NCBI GenBank assembly: GCA_964035545.1
Contig: OZ037766.1
Coordinates: 12,328,722 to 12,392,721, forward strand
DNA length: 64,000 nucleotides
Direction: 5' to 3'
DNA from: Bugula neritina
Lineage: Eukaryota > Animalia > Bryozoa
In this document: positions 13,801-25,800 of the stretch, piece after piece
Layout: every line of letters begins with the position of its first letter
How positions within the stretch are numbered: position 1 is the first letter of the stretch
Made by a program: the position numbers and the translations under genes
Notes under the pieces: model-generated
What the model saw: the letters and a program-made list of their open reading frames with translations, nothing else
What the model was told of the DNA's origin: nothing
The model's database searches: none

Positions 13801-16800
13801 TGGTATGAGACTGGTATCTCGTAGTCTGGGCCACCTTCTGTATCTGACAAGTCGTTGAGTGAATGCTGTACACTTACTGGTGTTTCGTAAGTTGGTTCTG
13901 GTGCATCTATAGCGGTGGCCAATTCTCTGTCAAAACCAGGCGCATCGTATGATGGTGGCTCAACCTCTTCAGAACTGAATTCTTGAGGTTCATCTGCAAT
14001 AGCTGGACTCAAGTCTTGAGGTTCATCTGCAGGAGGTTGACTGAAGTCTTGAGGTTCATCTGCAGGAGACTGACTGAATTCTTGAGGTTCATCTGCAGGA
14101 GACTGACTGAAGTCTTGAGGTTCATCTGCAGGAGACTGACTGAATTCTTGAGGTTCATCTGCAGGAGACTGACTGAATTGTCGAGGTTCATCTGCAGGAG
14201 ACTGACTGAAGTCTTGAGGTTCATCTGCAGGAGACTGACTGAATTCTTGAGGTTCATCTGCAGGAGTTGGACTGTAGTCTTGGGGTTCATCTGCAGGAGA
14301 CTGACTGAAGTCTTGAAGTTCATCTGCAGGAGACTGACTGAATTCTTGAGGTTCATCTGCAGGAGACTGACTGAATTGTCGAGGTTCATCTGCAGGAGAC
14401 TGACTGAAGTCTTGAGGTTCATCTGCAGGAGACTGACTGAATTCTTGAGGTTCATCTGCAGGAGTTGGACTGTAGTCTTGGGGTTCATCTGCAGGAGACT
14501 GACTGAAGTCTTGAAGTTCATCTGCAGGAGACTGACTGAATTCTTGAGGTTCATTTGCAGGAGACTGACTGAATTGTCGAGGTTCATCTGCAGGAGACTG
14601 ACTGAAGTCTTGAGGTTCATCTGCAGGAGATTGACTGAATTCTTGAGGTTCATCTGCAGGAGACTGACTGAAGTCTTGAGGTTCATCTGCAGGAGATTGA
14701 CTGAATTCTTGAGGTTCATCTGCAGGAGACTGACTGAAGTCTTGAGGTTCATCTGCAATAGCTGGACTCAAGTCTTGAGGTATATCTGCAGGAGTTGGAC
14801 TCAAGTCTTGGGGTTCATCTGCAGGAGACTGACTGAATTCTTGAGGTTCATCTGCAGGAGATTGACTGTAGTCTTGAGGCTCATCTGCAGGAGACTGACT
14901 GTAGTCTTGAGGTTCATCTGCAGGAGACTGACTGTAGTCTTGAGGTTCATCTGCAGGAGTTGGACTGTAGTCTTGAGGTTCATCTGCAGGAGACTGACTG
15001 TAGTCTTGGGGTTCATCTGCAGGAGACTGGCTGTAGTCTTGGGGTTCATCTGCAGGAGACTGACTAAATTCTTGAGGTTCATCTGCAGGAGCTGAACTGT
15101 AATCTGCAGAAAGCTCAGTGTGGTATTTTGAAATGTTATCGTCAGTGGAGTAAGTGTCCGGTAGAGATTGTGGTGTGTCAACAGTGTCATCTGTGAGATC
15201 AACAGGCGCTTGAGCCTCTAGGGAAGTCACAGAAGCAAAGACAACTGGGGCAGATTCAGCAGTCGGTGCTGATTGCTGCTCGATAGCAGCTTCACTTTCT
15301 AATATGTCTTCATCCAATTGAGGTCTAGACACACGACATGATTCTTCCATCATATCGTTCACAGAATCTACAATCAAGCATAGGCTCTTGTAAACAGAGA
15401 GCACTAAGTCAAACATCCCGTCAATTTCAAACTTGTATTATCCAAACCAATTAGAAGCATGCGCATTTTCAATCCAATTTCTAGCTCAGAGAAAATATTG
15501 GGGCGGTGTGGTTAGACACACCAGCTATTTTACTATTGCAAGTGCAAATGCTATTTTGGCAAGAGGCATAAATCAGAGCAAAACTCATTGCAAGAGACAG
15601 AAGATATAAGTTGAATAAAATTTATAGATTGACTGCTAATATTTTTGACATAGAGTTTTGAAAATAAGTAACTGACATTAGAATTTTGATTATAACACGG
15701 CCAAACTTGCAGCAATTTCTTGCTTGTTCTCATGTTGGTGCGGATAAATTATTTATTTGATAAAACGTAACAGCAATGTTGGATACCAAAAAAGCAACTT
15801 CTAAGCTGTATAGGCTGAGACATGTATAGAGAATATATATAACAAGTTTACACTTTGTCTCTATATAGACTGAAGAGCCGCTTCCATGCAGTAGTAGCCA
15901 CGTCACACGGTTAATAAATTGAAAATCCCAAAAATCATTTCCACCACAACTAAACAACCGACGCTTATACACAGTGACACATTGAGAGACTGTATACCTG
16001 CGTCATCGTCTTCCGTGTCACTAATATCTACAGCTGAAGAGATCAGCTCAAGCTCGGCAACAAAACTATGCAACGCTTCCTCTCTTTGAGCTTTCTGCTC
16101 ATTGAGCTCTTCTTCGGTTAGAGACGGTTTCGGAGATCTAGTTGAATTGTTAACTGGTACAATCTCTGATCCGTCATCTACATTTGCACACAATAATGCT
16201 GTTAGTTTGACTGTTTTTATACATGCCATGCAAGTAATAAAAACAGAAACAAAAGATGTTAGCAGAAAAAGGATAAACTATCAAATGACAAAAAGCTGAG
16301 TTGTAGAAAGAAATATCTAGAAATTAGAATATGCATCAGCTTTTGAAAAGCCAGTATTTGAAACCTGCCACTAAATCAATATTGAACATATTGTTCTCAA
16401 AATAATATCTTGTGCCAATTTACAAAACAGAGTTTTGTGAGCGTTGTGTACTTCAATCAGAGGTCTAATGCACACTTTCATTCTGCTGTCACCATAACAA
16501 GCGCAAGGTTCTCAAACTTTCCTCCTCAATAAATGGGGCATGGTACATAAAATGAAAAAAAAGGGTATTGTCATCTTTACCTTCACTTTCAGAGTCTTTT
16601 TGCTGATTTGCAAGAAGGTTGAATTCTTCCAAGTGTCTCTAAAATAAGAAAACTAAAATATATACTGTCTATTGTATAATGTCTCAATTCATAATTAGCT
16701 CTGATAGAAAACATTATAACACAGGAATACATGATGGAGGTAAGGTTCGTAAAGAGTCTTTCATAACCTAATAAGTGCTCAATAAAACAATTTGATATTA

Positions 16801-19800
16801 AAGTTGTGCAGACATACAGTAATAAGGCTATCCTCGTCATGGACAGAGTCATGTGACTCGTCAGACTGCTGTAAGTCATGTGACTCGTCAGACTGCTGCA
16901 AGTCATGTGACTCGTCAGACTGCTGCTGAGAGTCATGTGACTCGTCAGACTGCTGTAAGTCATGTGACTCGTCAGACTGCTGTAAGTCATGTGACTGGTA
17001 TGGTTGATGCTCTGTATCCACAGCCTCTGTAGTAGATACCAACTCAGGTGAAGACTGGACAGGTGAGAGGCTAGACAATATAGCAGCATCCTTCTCAATC
17101 ACCACATCTACAACAAGTACACTTTGACTTTACACTGACAGTAACACTTCTCATATACGAGTACATACTAAATCAAGCAGCATAGTGATAGCAGTTTGAA
17201 AAAAAATTATATCTTCAAGTCAATAATATTTCCTTCAAAATTGTACATTGCCATAAGCTCGGTGCTATACAACTGTTGGGTTAGCAGCAAAAAGAAACCT
17301 TCCGCATAATTCAAGCATAACATACTTTATAATAATTTATGAGCCTAGCATATATGAATAGATGCTGGACAGATGGAAGACATATTGCAGGGCTACTGCA
17401 ATACACTGTGTGTGAAATTAGTACCTATAAACTTATATATTATCAAAATACAACAAGAAGATTATTTCAAATATTACATAGGGACATTAAAACTGCTATA
17501 GTTTATAGTCGGTCAACAGATCAGTATGTTAGCACACGCATAAGAAAGTACACTTAGCAATGTTATGCTAGTATTAACCTTTTGCTCCATCCACACCCAA
17601 TTCTTTTCTAGCAACTTCTTTTTCCTTTTCACTTGTGACAGGTTTGACAGAGTGAATACACTTTATTATCACATCATCTCGATTGATTCTTTGCAACGCC
17701 CTTTCTAAAGTATTGCCTGAAAGCATACTTTGATAATTAATATGATTTGAACACCTTTGTTAACAATTAGTCCTAGTAGCTCTAATAAATACAAAAAGTG
17801 TTTTTAATGGACTCCTTCAAAATTTAATTAAGTATTAACTCATTGAAGTGTAGTGACCTGGGCTAAGCTAGAAAATGGAAAAAGTTAACACTCATTCAGC
17901 TGTTGGATGTAATACTCTAATAAGTGTAAAGCCTGGTTACATTGTAAACAGAGGTGCAATAAGTTGGTAAGTGGCTGTAGAGATTCAACACAATACAACA
18001 ATCACCTGTAGCCAGAACACCAGCTTGTTTCATCCACAACTTCAGCATAGAAAGAGATTGTTTTTGCTCATTCTGGCCATCAGCTTGAATCCTATCCACC
18101 TCTTTGTTGCTAATATTAAGTTCTTGTGCCAGACGCGGCCAATCACTGCCCACTTCCTCAGCTATTTCTGGGAGTCTAAGATTAGCGCTGACTATATTTT
18201 CTGAGATGACTACAAAACATCATATGGTTTCATTTACTTCCAACCGACGTTTTGTTAATAAAAGTATTCATATTTTAGTTTGAAAGTCAGAGTATAAAAC
18301 TGGTTGTTGCTTCCATCGGCCCAACAAAAAAACTCGACTGAAATAACTATGGTCATACAAGGACTTAGTCGCTAAACTCACAGGAAACGCCATGATCTCG
18401 ATAGAGTCTGTATCTTTCATTGAAGTCAGCTGTTCGACTTAGATCAAGGTCAGACGCAGTTTTCTGAAATCATATTCCATATTGTTGTTATTTATATAAA
18501 TTAAATACTTTTTTTACAAATGAAAGAATGATGGAACATATACCACGTCATGCAATACCAGACTATATATTATTGCAAGTTCCCATGAATTGAAACTTTA
18601 CAGGTAAAACACAAAATATAAATATAATGCATGCATGTAAATATTCTTGTTACTACTAGGACTTACCATTCTAAATTATTTATATTGAGTTAGTAAAAGC
18701 AAGTTTCTGTACACCAATATATTATTTTAGTGTGAAAACAAAAATTTGGCAAAGCATTGAAACCCAAAATAATTATGTAGAATGTAAATTAACAATAATG
18801 GGCAGTTTGTTAAATAAATTTATTAAATAATAAGAATTACTTGGCACGCAGAGATGTTGGTACAAATACAAAACACATATGAACACCGCTCTATATTTAA
18901 ACATAGGCTTACATGGTAGAATTGTATATATGAGCATGTGTGTATATATGAAAAGGTAGATTCTTTCAATAGACAAATAGTCGGATTGTATGGCAAGTGG
19001 AAGTGGCAGCAGATATTAATTGCAAAAAGAGTCTGTGGTGGAAAAGTTAGCAGCATGTTTAATAAATTTTAAACTGCATTGCATATAATTTGTATAAGGT
19101 AATATAAAACATCCTCTAATGGCAAACTGCAATTGAATTTCTTTTCATTCCGGTATGCAGTTATTATTAAGCAATGCTGGGATGTTGACTCAGTTTATGG
19201 TTTAGACTTTAGATAGTTTTTATTATCAAAAATTCACTAACTTGTTTAGCCATAACCATCTTACAGATAATGATATAGTATTTATACTCAGAATAAATTT
19301 CTAAATAATTAGCAAGCATATATTTTAATTTTGCTGCGCCCAGATATCTTTGAGGCTCTTTAAGGTTAAAAGCAAGAAGCAAAATAATAAAATGATGGCT
19401 GCACAAAGCAATGAGGCTTAGCATTGAGGGTAAAGTTCAACATAAATCGCTTAGGTTAGTTCAGGAACCAACATTTTATTTCCGATAAACAATAATCACA
19501 GCAATAGTTTTAAGAATTTCAAATGTCACGTGTTTTCGTTTCAACAATTATCCTGAAATACAAAACATGCAGAAACGAATTAATATATCATAATTAAAAC
19601 ACTGATGACTTCAAATGAATTCTGATGTTAGTCCGGTTAGTAATGGACGAAACAAGTAATTGAAATGCTAAGTAAGCGAAATTAGTTTCTTTGACTGCAG
19701 ATCGAAGAGCAATTATCTGTTGAAACAAATTACGTCTACTTGACTAAACATGATTCTATAAAGCATGGAGACATAGCAGCTAAAGGACATAATAGCGAGA

Positions 19801-22800
19801 AATAAAAGAGGGTACAACACCAGCAAGGGTTCACCACATTAAGAAAAGTATAGAAATGCAAGACATGCTCAAATTACAACATTCCCAAGCAGCACCATAC
19901 GCTGTCAACTTACCAGGTCTTCATCATACTCAGGCAGTTTTATTTGCAGATTGCAGATGGGCATCTGAGATGGTTCGCCTTTAGCTACTTTAGGCTCCCT
20001 CATGAAAGCCACCCTTCCGGTTGGCTCTCTATCTTGGTCACGGATGCGTACAATAAAAGGGAGACGATTCTCTTGGAAAGCTTGGAATTTAATATGTAGC
20101 TGGGTATCATCAGACCGGGTTATTGGTATTAGGTTGCCAGCCATCTCCAGCCATTGTTCCTTATTCTCTAGAACCTAAACACAGTGGGAGAATTGCTAGA
20201 GCTGCCGTAACAAATTACATTTTAACATGGGCTTTGTTTTCACAAATAATATAACAAACATACAAAATAATCCCAGACCTGCTTAGTTATCATATAAATG
20301 AAAGTGAAGTTTAACATACGTGCTGAGTAAGTTTTAATTAAGTCAATAAGACAAAAAAATAAAATATTTTAAGATTAGTTCAAGAAATAATTATGCATAC
20401 AGACCCTAGCTTGAATTTCTGATTATCTCACAAGGCATACCTCGATGTCTCGGCTGCGGGCCACTTCGGTGAAATACTGTTGGGTCTCCAGAGTCTTATC
20501 AATCTTGTCATCAGTCATGCAGAAGACCCTGAGACGAGCTTCTTTCTGCTCGTGTCGCTTGGCAAACACAACAAACCGAGACACGAAAGGCACATTGCAT
20601 ATTTCTTTGTAGAGGGTGTTGGCCATAGATATAACCTCAGGCACCTGTTGGTAGTCCACTAGCCAGAATCTAAAGCACAGAGTGGAGCCTCACAATGCAC
20701 ACATTCTCTAATTAATCACTGAAGCAATCAATGTATAAACAGCTGCTGCATTTCGTTCTGGTATGTAGAATAAACTTGACTGTGCTACTATTTTTCCAAA
20801 CATCCTATAGGCAAGAGTAATAAGTTAGCTACCACCATTAATTTTTAATAGAACTCGTCAGGAGAACTGATTTTCAATGAACCTCTTGATTATATAAACT
20901 CATACAGCACAGAACCTGAAAGGAAAAAATTGTTGAAACAAATTTCGCAAAGTCAAGCATGCTAGCTAGCCTAAACTTACCTGGCAGAAAAGTTGGTGGT
21001 AAAGGAGACGCAGTCATTTACAAACTTGAGAGTCGTGCTATCAGTTACATCCTTCCATTCAGCAGGGTTTTCTCCGTCTATAAAAACAAATACAAAATAA
21101 GGTAGGAAAATATGACATGCCAATCAACATTGTATCTTGAACCATAAAACATTCTATACCAAAAATCAAAGGGGAAAAATAGCAAAGAAACAAGGTTCAT
21201 GATAGAAATCCTCACAAACACATAGATATAATATAGTACACATGAATGTTGTATTTTGAAAGCTTCAAGACTGTCTTAAAAACTAACAAAACATGAATTA
21301 TATAAATGAGCCCGATTTTTATGTTAAGCTTGTGCATATTTCCATGAAATGGATAACAAAATCACATTCCAGCATGTTCTATATACTTGAGCTCACATTA
21401 TACATAACTTATACATGTATATATAAGCTAAATTACTATAGTGTCGATGAGTTGTGCACAGCCATAACAAACTGATCAGATGATAGATATAGATTATAGA
21501 TGATAGAGATATAGAGCAGCACATCACCTGCCATACTGGAGAGCAATCGAAGGGTAGCTGAACGCTGAGTGTACTGATTCGTCATCCCTTTGGTGGCAGC
21601 TTTGGGCAGAGGGAAGGTCAACGTGATCTGTTTACGAAATTGTCTCCTCCTTGGTTCTACTGTCACTACAGGGCTAACAGCCGCTCGGTTGCCATATAAT
21701 CTAGCCACAATGTCGGCCGGCACGGGATGTGCCTACAGCAGTCAACAAGAGCAAACTCTGTGACAAAGAGACAAATCTGTGATATCGGTTACAGAAACAC
21801 AACAAAATTAAAAACAAGACTTTTAAAAAATATAGAAAACTGAAGTTTTATGCTTGTAAATTTCTCTTGTAATCACCTGTAATCCAATCTTGGTGGGCTT
21901 CTTCAGAGCACCGGCAGGGAACACAGCCTGTGCTTGAGGAACCACAGTTGAGCTAATGATAGCTCCTTCAGGCCCAACCATACTAGTTTCAATTTTCACT
22001 CTAGAAACTAAGGCAAAGTACTTGGGGAACTGTGTAGTCACGATTCTAGTAATTCTCTTCTTGGCCAGTTCATCCAAAGGTTCAATGTCTGACAAGTACA
22101 ACATGCATAATAGATTTGCTTTACATTATTATTTTCTTGTGGCATTAAATATAAGCTCAACATCTTAGCATTCTCATATGGGGAAAAATAATGCATTTAT
22201 AAAGTTGTTATTTAAAGTGCAAGAAGCATGTAGTTTCATATTTCTGAGCAGATAGTCTTTTACTATCAACTTCTAAAGATACCAGATATCTTCTCAATAG
22301 CTGCCCCATAGGCTGCTGCAATGACTGAATATTGAAGCATTTTGATACTGATGAGCAGTTTGCATTGCTAAATCTCTGAAGATATCAAAGCCGGGAGATA
22401 GGCCAAGCACATGATTAATATTTCCACTATATGCTAACATGTCATATGATATAACATTCACTCGTCTCTTGACTGTAGGCTGCTTGTATAAAACCATTTT
22501 AAAGGCAACTTTGCATATCAGCATGCATCAAGCACAGCTCGGGTTTTGACGATAGCCAAAGCAAAACTTATTTAATAGCAAAGATGGTTCATATAACAGA
22601 AAGTCGAGTCAGAATCCAGTCAAGTCAATCAATGACTTAAATTAACTCAAGTCAGGTAAAATGGACTTGCAAGTTCTTGATCACGTTAATTTATGTAACT
22701 TTCATTGTAGTAGCATTAAAATTATGGTTACTTGATGAAATAATGTTGAATAGATTTTATCAAAACACTGCTAAATCACAGATATTTTTAACAAAGTTAC

Positions 22801-25800
22801 CTGTACCTTTCTAGAAGCGCTAAAAACTACTCAAACTTCAAATACTTGCAAAAGTTGTCAACCGATTAAAACTTTCAAGTCAAACCGATAATTCCAGCAA
22901 ATTACTGAGTTAGCATGAGTCAGAACAGGTCTGTTTATTAGTATAAGCTGAAGTCTCTTATGACCATGTTATCCTATACTGAGCAATACTGCTGTCAGTT
23001 CAGCTTACATACGAAGGCAGCAGCGCCATTTGCAATGAATAATCCAACTAAACTCACCAGGAAAATTTTCTTGATGACCTGCCAGGCAAGTTACAGATTT
23101 TACTTGATATTTACAGTAAAAGATAGAGTGACAACAGCTCAATAGTGTCAACAAGAAAAATTAAGCTTCAACGTCCCTATTTAGTACATACCATCAAAGC
23201 TGTTATTCACAGCTTTGAGCACAAGGTCATCGGTTGGTTTGACCTTGTGCTCCTCCCACCGCCGTCCATCCTGACTCTTTAAAACTAGAACTTCTCTATC
23301 TTCTTGGAGGGAAGCAAAGTGGGGCACCTCGATTATTACCGGACTACAAATGATAACACCAAGTTTTACTACAAACAAAATATATTTTTAGCATACAATA
23401 TTCTTAAACAGAGATATGGGAAGTTTATAAATACAAATGATGAAGTACTATAAATGAAAATAACTATTTTAAGTTACTTCCCGTGAACCTGAATGGTGAA
23501 TGAGTGGATTAAAACTTACCCCAGAAACGAAGTACCAGCTGGCCCCAAACTCACAATTCGAGAAGCCAGTGCCTCTCCATCACAGAGAGAGGGTGGTACT
23601 GGTAGCTTCTCCTTCTTAACCAGCCGGCACGTGATCCTGGTCGGTCCGGTAGCCATACCAGGTGGTATGACAATCCTGACCCCAGCATGACGGCAACCTC
23701 GCATGGCCCCACCACGAGCGTCCACCATGAAGCTGACGAGGAAGCTGAAATATGATACACATATAACATAAGAGAGTCAAGTAACAACTTGTGATTGTAC
23801 AAAAGAATAAAGCTTGTCTTACAGTAATAATACAGCCACTAGTTTGAGCTAAATGACTACAGTGTGAACAGCTGAGAGGCATTGATAAGCTGTTGGCACC
23901 AAATACAGCTGCTTCTGCAATTCACAGAATTTTGAACAGCATGCAAATTTAAAAAAATTCAAAACGTTTAAAAACGCTAGAAAAATATTTATATAAGCAG
24001 CAGTTTTGCTGATAAAGATATTATGCTTAAATTGAAGCATTGCGAGGGAAGGATTGTTAGCAATATTCAAGGTTTTTAATAGTTCTAAAGAGCATAAATA
24101 AGGTAATAATGTAACACGACATATGTATCTATATAAAGCACAGTATCTAAAATTTATTACTAATTAAACTTGTATATTACAACAACTACAAAACAAATAA
24201 AATAAAACTAAGCAACAATGAACGACAATCTAAACTGTAACATCCTTTACAACATTTCAGTATCAATACCTTTTCCATTGGAGTTTATCACTAAAAATAA
24301 ATAGGAAAACCCTAATTGAAATACAACAAATTTACAAATTATATGTTATTAAACTCTCTTTGAACATACATGCAAGTACCGAAGCTCAGACAACCAAGGA
24401 ATAGAAACGCATCATATTTACTCAAGTTCATATTTCATATGAAAAATAAATCCACATGCAGTTTGGTGTATATACTCAACGTACCCAGTAAAGACAGGGT
24501 TTCTATCTACAACTACGTTGTCGGGGTTAAAGTCTCTCCCGAAATCAGTTCCACTGTAAGAAGCCTCAATAGTTCTTCCTCTTTTTAATGTAAACACACT
24601 CCAGGGCATTAAACCTGAATGAATAAAACACAGTAACCCTATCAGAATAATATTTATATTTAGGTTTAGCTTGGAAGATATGGAAGAATACTTTTACAGT
24701 GCACAGTCCATAAATCAAGGAACTAATCTTGACTATTTCAGATGAAATAAAAGAGCTGTGACTTTTCTATATTATGATAACAAACTAAACAATTTCAGCT
24801 TGAGAGAAGTGGATAAACCTACAAAATATCAACAATATTCCAAAAAGCTTAAAGCATTATCTTCTATGTAAAGGGAGTTTGGAGGCAGGAGATTCACAAA
24901 CAAATAGGCAGAGTATTTACAAAGTAATGACAATACTGAGATTGGATACTTTCTTTTTATTAGGTAATCATGTCATCGATGCAAATCAGATACAAAAGTC
25001 AGCAAGAATAACAGGTTTGAGAGGTACATTCAGAATGCAGCAAACACAACTTACCAGGAGGTAGGGTGCTAGGAAGAGGGGGTGGAGATGTTGGAGATCC
25101 CTTGTCAGAATATGCACCTCGAACACCGACATTGGCTGATTGCGCTACAACATATATATTTAGTCCTCAGAGTATTCAGTCACACGACTTTACTTCAACC
25201 AAAATCATGTACAAATTAACAACAAACTTTTAATGTTACACATTTATAGTTATAATTCACAAAGATGGCTTCAGCCACCTCAAATTTATAAACACAAACA
25301 TACCTGTCTCAGCAACCTCTTGTCCTATGATCTCTTCAATGATTTCAGGTCTCTGTACTTTCTGCAGAGGTGGGGCGGGTGAGCTGTGTACCGAACTACC
25401 TTGTGGAACTCTCACAACCTATATATAAGCAAGTGTCAAGATAGAGATTGTGATAAACTATGTTTGAAAAAAAGATGCAGAGTGAAACCACACAATTTTG
25501 TAGAACTTTATAAGCATCTACCTCTCCTTTGGGGTCCACTACAGCTTTGCCATCTGGACCAACCAGAGCACATTCTCCAGCAGGAAGTAGAACCACCGCT
25601 CCATTTACATCACTAGCATACTGTCCATCAGGCAAGACTAAGTGCCCATCAGCTCCAGCCTCCATAATCTTAGTACCTAGAAAATGAGGAAATTAGACAT
25701 GTCCTGAAGTCTTGGAATACAACTAAAAATGCCTGAGACAAATTTACATTGACAAAAATATTACCGCCAGATTAATTTAATTATCAGATATAATTTATCT

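Noticed and set aside
13975-15100. Possible CRISPR array (33-nt periodicity)
   Set aside because: Head-to-tail repeats without unique spacers, inside a eukaryotic coding exon, with no cas genes
13983-15202. ORFs ([11 protein letters not shown])n on plus and ([11 protein letters not shown])n on minus
   Set aside because: Alternative frames of the 33-nt repeat; only the PADEPQ frame continues into unique sequence and splice sites
18667-18670. 4-nt microexon-like tttag|AATG|gtaagt
   Set aside because: The 82-nt exon at 18382-18463 already supplies the phase change; including both would frameshift; no independent support
22800-22830. CAG|gtaact donor with nearby acceptors in a ZU5 intron
   Set aside because: Possible exon lengths (10 or 19 nt) are not frame-preserving
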